Source of the DNA: Myxococcota bacterium
Lineage (GTDB): Bacteria > Myxococcota_A > UBA9160 > UBA4427
NCBI GenBank assembly: GCA_965250285.1
Contig: OZ252299.1
Coordinates: 3,168,001 to 3,232,000 of the forward strand
Length of the DNA stretch: 64,000 bases
Reading direction: 5' to 3'
Shown one piece after another: positions 9,791-19,800 of this stretch. Every line of letters starts with the position of its first letter. Position 1 is the stretch's first letter. Both the position numbers and the translations under genes were made by a program. The notes beneath the pieces were generated by a model. That model saw nothing but the letters and a program-made list of their open reading frames with translations, did not search any database and was not told where the DNA came from.

Positions 9791-11113
9791 ATGAGCACTG
9801 CGCCCGCCCTCGATGCTTGGTCTGCCCTCCCCCCTCGCCCGTCGACGCCGCAGCTGCGGGGTGAGACCCCGAAACCCACCGGCCAGGTCGACGCCGACCC
9901 CGAGACCTTTCCGATCGATCGCATCGATCCCAGCGACGGCGACCTGTTCGCGGCGAACCAGCACGGCGGCTACTTCGCACGCCTGCGCCGCGAAGATCCG
10001 GTGCACCTCACGCGCGAGAGCCACTTCGGCGCCTACTGGTCGGTCACGAAGTACGACGACATCGTGACGGTCGAGAAGGATCCCGAGACGTACTCGTCGG
10101 CGCGCACGATCACCGTATCGGATCCGCTGCCCGACTCACCGATGGATTCGAGCTTCATCACGATGGACGGGCCGACCCAGGTGGCCCACCGCAAGACCGT
10201 GGCGCCGGCGCTCGGCCCGCGAAACCTCAAGCGGCTCGAGCCGATGGTGCGCGAGCGAGTCGAGCTGATCCTCGACGGGCTCCCCGTCGGCGAAGACTTC
10301 GAGTGGGTCGACCGCGTCTCGGTCGAGCTGACGACCTCGATGCTCGCCGTGCTCATCGACTTTCCGTTCGAGGAGCAGCGTCGGCTCACCTACTGGTCCG
10401 ACATGGTCACGACCCAGCCGAACCTCGACGGCCCGGGCAGCATCACGATCGACCAGCGCCACGCGGCCCTCACCGAGTGCCTCGAGGTCTTCGAGGGCCT
10501 CTGGAAGGAGCGCCAGGGCCAGGGCCGCACCGGCGACTTCATCAGCCTGCTCGCCGACGGCGCCGCGACCCGCGACATGTCGCCGCGCACGTTCCTGGCG
10601 ACGCTGGTGCTGCTGATCGTCGGCGGCAACGACACCACGCGAAACTCGATCAGCGGCGGCGTGCTGGCGTTGAACGAGCACCCGGCCGAGTACGACAAGC
10701 TGCGCGCCGACCCGACCCTGATCCCGAACATGGTGAGCGAGATGATTCGCTGGCAGACGCCGCTCTCGCACATGCGGCGCACCGCCACGCGCGACACCGA
10801 GCTGCGCGGTCGCTCGATTCAGGCCGGCGACAAGGTCGTCATGTGGTACGCATCGGGCAATCGCGACGAAGACGCGATCGAGCACGCGAACGCCTTCCGC
10901 ATCGATCGCCCCGACGCCCGCAAGCACCTTTCGTTCGGCTGGGGTCGCCACTTCTGCGTCGGCAGCCGCGTCGCCGAGATGCAGGTGCGCGTGCTCTGGG
11001 AGGAGATCCTGAAGCGCTTCGAGCACGTCGAGGTCGCGGCCCCCCCCGAGCGCGTGCGCTCAAGCTTCGTCAACGGCATTACGCGGCTGCCGGTGCGTCT
11101 GCACGCACGCTGA
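9791..11113 (+). CDS. Cytochrome P450, CYP153-like
   Basis: LIVGGNDTT, EMIRWQTPL, heme motif FGWGRHFCVG. Confidence 0.92.
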   Translation: MSTAPALDAWSALPPRPSTPQLRGETPKPTGQVDADPETFPIDRIDPSDGDLFAANQHGGYFARLRREDPVHLTRESHFGAYWSVTKYDDIVTVEKDPETYSSARTITVSDPLPDSPMDSSFITMDGPTQVAHRKTVAPALGPRNLKRLEPMVRERVELILDGLPVGEDFEWVDRVSVELTTSMLAVLIDFPFEEQRRLTYWSDMVTTQPNLDGPGSITIDQRHAALTECLEVFEGLWKERQGQGRTGDFISLLADGAATRDMSPRTFLATLVLLIVGGNDTTRNSISGGVLALNEHPAEYDKLRADPTLIPNMVSEMIRWQTPLSHMRRTATRDTELRGRSIQAGDKVVMWYASGNRDEDAIEHANAFRIDRPDARKHLSFGWGRHFCVGSRVAEMQVRVLWEEILKRFEHVEVAAPPERVRSSFVNGITRLPVRLHAR

Positions 11114-11146
11114 GGCGCGCGGGCGGCGCGAAGGGTTTCCGCGGCG

Positions 11147-12295
11147 CTAGCCGCTCAGGGCCGCCACCGCGCCGAATGCGGCGCCTGCGATCTTGCCGCC
11201 GCGCAGGTCGCCGACGAGGCTGCCGGCCATCCGGTTCATCACGTAGGTGATGGTCAAGCGCGCGTCGAGGTCGGTGATCGCGAGCGAGCCACCCCAGCCG
11301 CCCCAGAAGAACGTGCGCGGGTTGGGGCCGATGGGCAGGGTCGCGCTGTTGAGACCGAACCCGTTGCCGAGCGCGAAGGGCACGCCGAGCACGAGGTCTT
11401 CGCCCTCGATCTGCTTCTCGAGGATGCGCGCGACGCCCGCCTCCGAGAGCAGCCGCACGCCGTCGACGGCGCCGCCGCACGCGAGCGCCGAGTGAACCCG
11501 CGCGACCGAGCGCGCGTTGCCCGTGCCGCCGGCGGCCGGGATCTCGGCGCCGCGCCACGCGCGCGAGCGCGGTTCGAGGGCCGTCAGCGGCGCGCCCGCG
11601 AGCGCCCGACCCGCGATCGAATCCTTCGGCGGCGCGCCTTCCCCGGTGCCGAGCGCGTTCGGCGGAGGGACGAGCTGGGCGACGCGCTCATCCTCGCTCG
11701 CGGGCAGGCCGATATGGAAGTCGGCCCCGAGCGGCTCAGCGACTTCTTCGCGAAAGAACGTGCCGATCGAGCGGCCGGTCACGCGACGCACGATCTCGCC
11801 CTGCAGATAGCCCTGGGTCACGGCGTGATAGCCCGACTGCGTGCCCGGCTCCCACCAGGGGGCCTGCGCCGCGAGCCGCTCGACGCACGCGTCCCAGTCG
11901 TAGAGCAGCGGGGCGTCTTCGAGCGGGGGTTCGAAACCCGGCAGCCCCGCCGTATGACTCATGACGTGCGACACGGTGACGCCGGCCTTGCCGTTCTGCG
12001 CGAACTCGGGCCAATAGGTCGCGACCGGGGCGGCCAGGTCGACCTCGCCCCGGTCGGCGAGCATGAGCACGCAGAGCGCGGCCATGGTCTTGGTCGTCGA
12101 GTAGACGTTGATGATCGTGTCACGCTGCCACGGGCGACCGTCGGGGCCGGCTTCGCCCGCCCAGAGATCGACGACGAACTCGCCGTCCTTCGTGATGGCG
12201 ACGCACGCGCCATCCTCGAGCCCCTCTTCGAAGTTGGCGACGAACGCGTCGCGCACGCTCTCGAAGCCCGGCTTCACGAATCCCTCGATGTCCAT
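11147..12295 (-). CDS. Serine hydrolase, beta-lactamase fold (family VIII esterase-like)
   Basis: YSTTK (SxxK), GYHA, WGGWGGS. Confidence 0.9.
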   Translation of the reverse strand: MDIEGFVKPGFESVRDAFVANFEEGLEDGACVAITKDGEFVVDLWAGEAGPDGRPWQRDTIINVYSTTKTMAALCVLMLADRGEVDLAAPVATYWPEFAQNGKAGVTVSHVMSHTAGLPGFEPPLEDAPLLYDWDACVERLAAQAPWWEPGTQSGYHAVTQGYLQGEIVRRVTGRSIGTFFREEVAEPLGADFHIGLPASEDERVAQLVPPPNALGTGEGAPPKDSIAGRALAGAPLTALEPRSRAWRGAEIPAAGGTGNARSVARVHSALACGGAVDGVRLLSEAGVARILEKQIEGEDLVLGVPFALGNGFGLNSATLPIGPNPRTFFWGGWGGSLAITDLDARLTITYVMNRMAGSLVGDLRGGKIAGAAFGAVAALSG

Positions 12296-12483
12296 CGGTT
12301 CCCCCGTCTTGATCGCTGACTCGGTAAGGGCCGACGCGGCGGCACGGCGTCGGCGCGTCACGATCCGAGAGGATGGCTCGTCTGGACCGCCTGCGTCACC
12401 ATGAAATCGAGACGCCGGTGCGGCCATTCTTCGCCTCACGGATCGACATGAACGCGCCTCCAGGCGCGCACAAGGGAGTGCCG

Positions 12484-13287
12484 ATGTCCTTCATTCGGAT
12501 CGAGAAGCCGATCCCCCACACCAGCGTGATCACCATGGATCGGCCCGATCGCATGAACTCGCTGGCGTTCGAGCTGGCCGTGCCGCTGCACGAGGCGTTC
12601 GAGGAGGTCGCGGCCGACAACGACACGCACTGTGTGATCCTCACCGGCACCGGCCGCGGCTTCTGCTCGGGCGCCGACACCCAGCACACCGAGCCGCCCC
12701 CCAACATCGGCGGCATGACGCTCACGCGCATCGCCACGCGCTCGTTCACGATCCTCGCCGATCTCGTGCCGGCGATGCAGCGTATGCCGCAGCCGGTCAT
12801 CTGCGCGGTCAACGGCGCGGCGATCGGCGGCGGCATGTGCCTGACGCTCGGCGCAGACGTCCGACTCGCCGCCGAGTCGGCGTACTTTCGCGCGGCCGGC
12901 ATCAACAACGGGCTCACGGCGGTCGAGCTCGGCTTGAGCTTTCTGCTGCCGCGCGCCATCGGCTCATCGCGCGCGTTCGAGATCTGCCTCTCGGGCCGCG
13001 ACGTGTCGGCCCGCGAGGCCGCCGAGATCGGGCTGGTCTCGCGCGCCGTCCCCGACGACGAGCTCTTGAATGAAGCGCTGAAGCTGGCCGAGCAGATCAA
13101 CGGCTGGAGCACGCAGGGTGTTCAGCTGACGAAGCGCATGCTCTGGTCGGGGCTCGAGACGAACAGCGTGCGCGCGGCGATCGAGATGGAGACGCATACG
13201 CAGCTCTTCGTCCGCCTCACGACGAAGAACTTCGAAGAGGCGACGCGGGCGAGAAAGGAAGGGCGCAAGCCGGTCTTCGAGGACTAG
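12484..13287 (+). CDS. Enoyl-CoA hydratase/isomerase family protein
   Basis: GFCSGAD, QPVICAVNGAAIGGG. Confidence 0.92.
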   Translation: MSFIRIEKPIPHTSVITMDRPDRMNSLAFELAVPLHEAFEEVAADNDTHCVILTGTGRGFCSGADTQHTEPPPNIGGMTLTRIATRSFTILADLVPAMQRMPQPVICAVNGAAIGGGMCLTLGADVRLAAESAYFRAAGINNGLTAVELGLSFLLPRAIGSSRAFEICLSGRDVSAREAAEIGLVSRAVPDDELLNEALKLAEQINGWSTQGVQLTKRMLWSGLETNSVRAAIEMETHTQLFVRLTTKNFEEATRARKEGRKPVFED

Positions 13288-13435
13288 GCGCGCGCCGCGT
13301 TCGAGCGGAGGGCTCGCTCTGGCGTGATGCATCTGGGGCGCGGGGGTCTGGCCCTGGGCCTGCGGGTGCCCGATCGACGCGGTCGACTGCACCTGGCGGA
13401 GAGAACAGAGGCGTTCGCGCTAGGCTAAGCGCGAC

Positions 13436-14683
13436 ATGTCCGAACTCGAATCCCTCCGAAGTGCCCATGAACAGTTGCGGTCGTCCGGCCTGTCGCTCTC
13501 GATGACGCGCGGGCAACCGAGCGACGACCAGTTCGACCTCTCGAATCCGCTCCTGCAGAGCGTCGGGGCCGACGCCACGCGCACGCCCAGCGGCGTCGAC
13601 ATCCGCAACTATCCGGGCGGCGTCGCCGGCCTCGTCGAGGCTCGCCATCTGTTCGGCGAGCTCCTCGGCGCATCGGCCGAAGAGACCATCGTGGGCAACA
13701 ACGCGAGCCTCGAGCTGATGGGCCACGTGCTCGTATGGGGCCTGCTGAAGGGGCTGCGCGCCAGCCCGGCGCCCTGGGTGAGCGAGCGCCCGCGCATGAT
13801 CGTGACGGTCCCGGGCTACGATCGTCACTTCTCGATGCTCGAAGGCTACGGCTACGAACCGGTGCCTGTCGCGATCACGCCGAATGGCCCCGATATCGAT
13901 GCGGTCGAGTCGCTCGCGAAGTCGGACCCGAGGGTGAAGGGCATCCTGTTCGTGCCCGTCTACAGCAATCCGACGGGCGATGTGATCGCAGACGACGTGG
14001 TCGACCGGCTGGTCCAGATGCCCACGGCCGCGCCGGATTTCACGGTGCTCGCCGACAACGCCTATGCGGTCCACCATCTGACCGACGACGAAGTGGTGCC
14101 CCGCAACCTGCTCCGCGCAGCCGAGGCAGCGGGCCATCCCGACCGGGTGATCCTCTTCGGCTCGACCTCGAAGATCACGTTCGCCGGGGCCGGCCTCGGC
14201 TATCTCGCCACCAGCCGGGCCAACGTCGAGTACCTGTCCGGTTTGATGGCGCTCCACACGATCGGGCCGAACAAGATCGAGCAGCACCGGCACGTGCGTT
14301 TTCTGCAGTCGTTCGAGGGGGGCGTCCGCGGTCTCATGCGCGCCCATGCCGAGATCATCCGACCGAAGTTCGAGGCCGTGCAGCGCGTGCTCGAGGCCGA
14401 GCTCGGCGACTCGGGCCTCGCCACGTGGACGAACCCGCGTGGCGGCTACTTCGTGAGCCTCGACACGGCGCGTCCTGTCGCCGACCGCGTCGTCGAGCTT
14501 GCGAACGAGGTGGGCGTCGCTTTGACCCCGGCCGGGGCGACGTACCCGGGCGGGGTGGATCCGAACAACCAGAACATCCGTCTGGCGCCCACGCGGCCCC
14601 CGCTCGAAGACGTCGAGAAGGCGATGCACGTCGTCGGCCACTGCATCAAGCTGGCGTCGGCCGAGTACGACGCGCGCGGGTAG
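13436..14683 (+). CDS. PLP-dependent aminotransferase class I/II (actinobacterial AspB-like)
   Basis: PGYDRHF, YSNPTG, DNAY, STSKIT, NIRLAP. Confidence 0.88.
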   Translation: MSELESLRSAHEQLRSSGLSLSMTRGQPSDDQFDLSNPLLQSVGADATRTPSGVDIRNYPGGVAGLVEARHLFGELLGASAEETIVGNNASLELMGHVLVWGLLKGLRASPAPWVSERPRMIVTVPGYDRHFSMLEGYGYEPVPVAITPNGPDIDAVESLAKSDPRVKGILFVPVYSNPTGDVIADDVVDRLVQMPTAAPDFTVLADNAYAVHHLTDDEVVPRNLLRAAEAAGHPDRVILFGSTSKITFAGAGLGYLATSRANVEYLSGLMALHTIGPNKIEQHRHVRFLQSFEGGVRGLMRAHAEIIRPKFEAVQRVLEAELGDSGLATWTNPRGGYFVSLDTARPVADRVVELANEVGVALTPAGATYPGGVDPNNQNIRLAPTRPPLEDVEKAMHVVGHCIKLASAEYDARG

Positions 14684-14759
14684 GCTTCGAGCCGCCGGCC
14701 GGGCGGAGCGTCACCCACCGATCCTCGAGTGATCCCGAGCGCCACCCTCGGCGCGATGC

Positions 14760-15107
14760 CTAGTACGGATAGCCGAAGACGAAGGGGCGGTTCCAGCTTG
14801 TCGATGCGTCGTCGCGGTCTTGCTCCGCCATCTCCCGGAGCGCGATCGTCGCCATGCCGATCGTTGCGGCGCTGACGTTCGCGGCCTCGTCCTCGTTCTC
14901 GGAGCGGGGCGAGCAGATGCAGCCGACGTTGTCGGCCATGATCGCGACGGCACCGAGCTCCATCCCGATCCGTTCACAGTAGGTCGCGCACTGGTCGGCA
15001 CTGTCGGCGGGCACGTCGACGCCGGTACCCGTGCCGACCGTGGCCTGGCAGGCGAGCAGCATCGCGCACAGCGAGATCATGCAGAGGCGGGCGCGGCGTA
15101 ACGGCAT
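14760..15107 (-). CDS. Small Cys-containing putative lipoprotein
   Basis: Basic N-terminus, hydrophobic stretch, LLAC lipobox; CxxxC and CxC; start uncertain. Confidence 0.55.
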   Translation of the reverse strand: MPLRRARLCMISLCAMLLACQATVGTGTGVDVPADSADQCATYCERIGMELGAVAIMADNVGCICSPRSENEDEAANVSAATIGMATIALREMAEQDRDDASTSWNRPFVFGYPY

Positions 15108-15327
15108 GCGCACGAGACTACCGCCGGGTGACGGCTCGAGCCAAGGCGAAGGCGCCTGCCCACCGCTCGGCTCGACTCGGCTCGGCTGCACGGGGCCGCT
15201 CACCGGTCGGACCGCGCAGCGACGTGCCCGCCTGAGCCACAGGTGCTGCGGCCTGCCTCGCTGCGGGCACATGGTTCGCCCACCTTCGCACGCCGTAGGC
15301 GAACGGCTGCGTTGCATGAGATCGTGA

Positions 15328-17100
15328 CTAGGGGGCCCCGGTCTCCGGCGTGATCGAGCCGTCAGCGCCGGGTGTCGCGCCGGCGCCGCCACTCGCGTCC
15401 GCCGTGCCGTATACGATCTCGCCGGCCACGATCGCGATCGCGCCCGCGTCGCCGCCCTGCGATCCGATGACGCCCGGGTTGGCGTTGCCGCCCGAGCTGT
15501 CCATCGCCGGCTCAACATCGACCGAGCCCGTCGCCACGCCCGCCTCGGCGGCGAGGTCGAACGACAGCCCTACGCTGTCGCCACCGGCGCTCTCACCGTC
15601 GCCGCCCCTGGCAGTCAGGCCGTCGAAGCCGAGGAGGTGGATCGCCTGGGTGCCCTCGCTGATGTCGTTCAGTAGGTAGAAGAAGACGCCGCCTCCCGCG
15701 CCGCCCGTGCCATCGCTGGCCAGAGATTCGCCGCCCGTCGCGATCACCCCGCCCGAGACCCAGATGTCGCCCGCCGGAACGTCGAGCTCGCGCTCTTCGT
15801 AGTCGTCGACGCTCGACCCGGTGAAGAAGATTGCGGAGCCACCAACACCGTAGTAGTCGGCTCCGATCTCGCTCGACGCATCTCCGCCGTGAGCGATGAG
15901 CATGCCGCTCGATCGCAGGTCCGCACCCGCCGCCCCGAGGCCTATCTCGCCCCCACTGCCCGGATACACGAACTGGGCGGCGTCATCGGTGGCGTCGCCG
16001 CCATCACTCGTGAGGTCGCCCGTGTTGCGCAGCTCGCCGCGGTAGTAGCCCGCAACCTGGATGGTGCCGCCGTCGCCGCCCTGGCCAACACCATCGCCGC
16101 CGCTCGCCTGCAGATCGCCCGAGTTGCAGAGCGAGGCGTACGGCAGAATCGCGATCCCGCCGCCACTGCCACCGATCCCCGTGGCGCCCGATGCAGCACC
16201 ACCGCTGCTTCGCATGTCGCCCGTATTCTCGATCAGGCCACCGGGCTCACCGTCGAAGTCCACTTGATAGTTGTAGAAGCCGGTGTAGAAATAGATGCCG
16301 CCGCCGTTGCCGGCTCGACCATCGGTCTGATCGGCGCCATACGAGAGCCACGCGCCGCTGTTGTAGCCACGGCCGAGCGCACCGACGTCGATCGGGCCGC
16401 CATCCTGCCCGGGCAACGTGCCGAACGTCTCGATGCCGCCCCTGCCGATGTAATCGCCATCGGTATAGAGATTGACGGCCCCGCGCTGCTCGCTGTCGAC
16501 GTCGACGACCGTGATCGTGCCGTCGTTGACCAGGTCGTGGCTGAAGGTCAGAACGCCGGCCGGCCGACCATTGCTCGATAGATTCAGGCCCAGCGTGACG
16601 GTGGCACCCGCCTGCACCTCGAAGCCAGTCACGGGCGCCTCGTTGCCGAGGATCAGATCACCGTCCGAGACGTACAGGCTCGAGTCGTCTTCGAGCAGGT
16701 ACGGAACACCGAGGGGAGGCGCCGAGAGCACGACCGGAATCGCGAGATCGCCGCTCACGACGAGTGGATTGGGGCCGAGATCGGGCGAGAACGAACCCGT
16801 GGGCACGAAGCTCGCGTCAACCGAACCGCTCTCGCTCACCTCGATCGAGCCCGCACCCCCGAACCAGATCTCGAAGCCGATGAAGCCCCCCAGGCCGCCC
16901 GTGCCACCGGTCGAGCCGGCGTCGCCCCCCGAGACATCGATCGGGTGCGTCGATGCACTCGCGCCTCCGACGCCCGGATTGCAGAGCACCACCGTCGTCG
17001 TCGTGCTCGTGCGGGTCTGCTTGCAGCCCAGGTGGCCCGCACCGAGCAGGCACACGAGCACGAGCGCGCTGATCCGCACGGCCGGAATCGAGCGATGCAT
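15328..17100 (-). CDS. Gly-rich acidic repeat lipoprotein (surface protein)
   Basis: Signal peptide ending HLGC; recurring N[TS]GD[LM]xxxGG...GGxGG units. Confidence 0.7.
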   Translation of the reverse strand: MHRSIPAVRISALVLVCLLGAGHLGCKQTRTSTTTTVVLCNPGVGGASASTHPIDVSGGDAGSTGGTGGLGGFIGFEIWFGGAGSIEVSESGSVDASFVPTGSFSPDLGPNPLVVSGDLAIPVVLSAPPLGVPYLLEDDSSLYVSDGDLILGNEAPVTGFEVQAGATVTLGLNLSSNGRPAGVLTFSHDLVNDGTITVVDVDSEQRGAVNLYTDGDYIGRGGIETFGTLPGQDGGPIDVGALGRGYNSGAWLSYGADQTDGRAGNGGGIYFYTGFYNYQVDFDGEPGGLIENTGDMRSSGGAASGATGIGGSGGGIAILPYASLCNSGDLQASGGDGVGQGGDGGTIQVAGYYRGELRNTGDLTSDGGDATDDAAQFVYPGSGGEIGLGAAGADLRSSGMLIAHGGDASSEIGADYYGVGGSAIFFTGSSVDDYEERELDVPAGDIWVSGGVIATGGESLASDGTGGAGGGVFFYLLNDISEGTQAIHLLGFDGLTARGGDGESAGGDSVGLSFDLAAEAGVATGSVDVEPAMDSSGGNANPGVIGSQGGDAGAIAIVAGEIVYGTADASGGAGATPGADGSITPETGAP

Positions 17101-17285
17101 GAGAACCTCCTCGGCATGTCGGCGTCTCGGCACCCACGCGCAGCCGGCAAGATCTGCAGTCTACGGCACGCGCAAACAGAATCGGCATCTTCGTCGCGAT
17201 CGGCTGCGTCCTCACGCCCGGGTGCGTGCTCGACAGATAGGTCACTCGCAACATGTCGAAATCAAGCCGGGCCCGAGCGCTGAGC

Positions 17286-17307
17286 GGGGGCGGGGGCGGG
17301 GGCGGGG
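17286..17307 (+). repeat. (GGGGGC)3GGGG tract, canonical G-quadruplex pattern
   Basis: G5-C-G5-C-G5-C-G4 in an intergenic region. Confidence 0.7.
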
Positions 17308-17624
17308 ATCTCGCCTTCCGCCCCGTCGCGCGCGGTCCGTACGCGTCTGCATCTGCGGCGAAGTGCGTGCTGAATTCGGATCTTTCGATCCTGCACCGGG
17401 TCCGACTTGTGCGGCCCGGTCGAGTTCGTGGCATCGCGACCGTTCAGGCGCTGTCGATCACACCCATTGTGAGTTCCGTGAGCGGGCAAGACGCAGGCAG
17501 TTGCGCGGTCGCGATCGCCGCCGAGAACGGACAATGCCGGAAGAGGAAGCACGGCCCTCGCTTGACACGCCTCCAACGAAGGCTCGCGGGGGATTCGCCG
17601 ACCCGCCGCGACACGAACGGGCGT

Positions 17625-18770
17625 CTACTTCTTCGAGTGCACGATCGCGCCGGCCTTCGAGCGGCTGGCGTCGTCCTGCGGCGGGGCGAAGAACCGCTCC
17701 GGGGCCTGCGACGCGTCCCCCCGTTGAATCTGCGTGTTCCGGGCGCCGCCAAAGTCGTTCAGCCCGAGCTGTTCCCGAAAATCCACCGATGCATGGAGTG
17801 ACGTGTCATCCAGGGGAATCCCGCTCAGGTCGGCCGTGCGGACCAGGCCGTTGAAGATCCCCACGATGCCCGACGCCTCGGCCACACCGGCGTCACCCAG
17901 CTCGGCCCGCACGCGCGCGCGGGCCGGGTCCATGTCGTCGCTACCGCGGGTAATGGCCTCGGCAAAGCGCAGCAGGGCCGCACCGTGCGCGACGCCCCCA
18001 TCGCCCTCGCCATCGACCGTGGCGCGCAGTTCGATGTCGACGCCTTCGTTTTCGCCGCTCTCACGGAGCAGGCCGACGTGGGAGGTCGTTCAGTAGAAGC
18101 ACTCGTTCACCGCAGAAACCCGCGCCGCGACGAGCTCGGCCTGGGCGCGCGTGAGCGGGCCGGCCCAGTCGAGGTCGTAGAACCCCCCGCTCTCCCCCGC
18201 GCTGTACATCGCCATGACGTTCTGCATGAAGAGCCGATTGGCACTCGGAACGAGCGACAGTGCACGTCCGACGTTCGGCCCCTGCCACGGCACCATCATC
18301 GGAATGTACGCGCCGGCCTCGCCCGCCTCTGCGAGGCGCTCACCCGTGGGCTCGCCGGGCTCGGGGGTGGGCAGCGGTTCGTGCCCGCGTCCGAGCGCTT
18401 CGCCGAAGGCATCGATCGCCGAGACGGTCGCGACCACCGAGCCGAGCTCGACGTACGGCGCATCACCGAGCGATTCGATCACCTGCTCGGCCCAGGCCCG
18501 GTCGATCTTGTGCGCGTCGGCCGCAATGGTGCGAGCGGCCTCGATGGCGGCGTCGCTGAGCGGCACCTCGGGGTCGGGCAGCGCGCCCCGTGCCCAGGGC
18601 GGGTCGGTGCGCGCCGCACGGGCGGCCCGAGCCTGCCGGGCGATCTCGACGCGCTCGGCCCCCGTCCAGTAGGCCCCCGCCGAGCCGATCTGCTGCCAGC
18701 TGGCACGGTGCAGATCGGCGATCAGATCTCTCACATCGAAGTGATCGCCTGCATAGTCGAATGAGCTCAT
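17625..18770 (-). CDS. AhpD-like alkylhydroperoxidase-related selenoprotein, 381 aa, UGA at 18090-18092 read as Sec
   Basis: ELVAARVSAVNE-CFY-UGA-TTSH; frame stays open 155 more codons and includes ORF 17625-17933; hairpin downstream of UGA. Confidence 0.85.
18054..18073 (-). promoter_or_regulatory. Putative bacterial SECIS
   Basis: GCC-U-GCUC-(CGUGA)-GAGC-GGC; loop begins 25 nt after UGA, G at loop position 2, bulged U. Confidence 0.65.
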
Positions 18771-18877
18771 GCTGCGCCTCCGCTGCGCTTCGCTCGAAGT
18801 GAACGCTCGTCCGGTCGCAGAGGGTAGCGCCAGCCGCGGCTACCCGAGGCCAGCTGGTGCGAACGGGCCTGCGGAGC

Positions 18878-19093
18878 TCGAGCACCAGACCAGATTCGAA
18901 CGGTCGTCCCCTGCCCACATCCGTCCGCCGCCGCACGCTGTGTCGGCGCGCTCATCCGATCTGCTCGCTCATCGCTCGCAGATCGCCCTCACGTTGGCAT
19001 GCCTTAAGCGCACGGGCCTCTAGCCCAAAACCGGCTTCGAGCTCTGGATACAAAAACGGCCCGCCCCACTACGTGGGACGAGCCGATTTTGTA
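18878..19093 (-). repeat. tRNA-Gly-linked 216-bp unit D (distal end degenerate)
   Basis: Same length as 41676-41891 and near-identical over ~18947-19093; tRNA 3' copy has 2 mismatches in 24 nt. Confidence 0.92.
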
Positions 19094-19216
19094 TGGAGCA
19101 CGAGACCAGATTCGAACTGGCATCCCCTTCGCACACCAGACATGCCGTTCCGGCATGTCCGGCGCGCTCATACGATCTGCTCCCTCATCGGTCGCAGATC
19201 GCCCTCAAGTTGGCAA
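19094..19216 (-). repeat. tRNA-Gly-linked unit C, truncated at anticodon-loop heptamer; att-like boundary
   Basis: 28 nt identical to tRNA 3' end; similarity stops after TTGGCAA (19210-19216). Confidence 0.92.
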
Positions 19217-19800
19217 AGCGAAAGAAGCGTGAGGGAGGACAGACACTTACGCTCTCGAGTCGGCAGATCGCGGCAGGGGATGACACTCAGCGGCAGCAGG
19301 CACGTCACCGAACGGCTAGACGTCACCTTACTGCGACCGCCCACACCCTCTGGGAGGGTCCGATCACACTCCCGATGACACTCCCATGGACCGGAGCGAC
19401 GACGCAGCCGGCCAGGCCGATTGGCCCTTTCGACCGTTCTGTTAGGATCGATCTGATCAGATCGAGCGGGATCGGAACGGCGGAGTCCACTCGACCCGAC
19501 TGCCTGGCAGTGTCGGCGAATGCCCTCTCTCGGGATGCTCGTGCGCTCGCGGAGGCCCATCGCGACGTGTCCCGCGCATGCCGCCGCCTTGCGATCGATC
19601 TCGTGCTTGGAGGTCAGGGGCGCTGGCCGGAGCGAATCCGGTATGGCCATCGACTGCGAAAGTTCCGAGAACTCCACGTGAAGTTCTCGGGCTGACGAGC
19701 ATCGGGACTCGGTCCGCCCCCGTAACAGCTGGTTCCTTGCCACGGAACCCTGTACCGACCCGCCGGAATCGAAGACGAAGACCTGGACAGGCACGACTCT

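Noticed and set aside
17101..17624. ORFs in the gap upstream of the Gly-rich protein
   Set aside because: No recognisable motifs, RBS or coding-like composition
19217..19800. Integrase remnant next to the att-like end
   Set aside because: No tyrosine or serine recombinase motifs recognisable in the frames read
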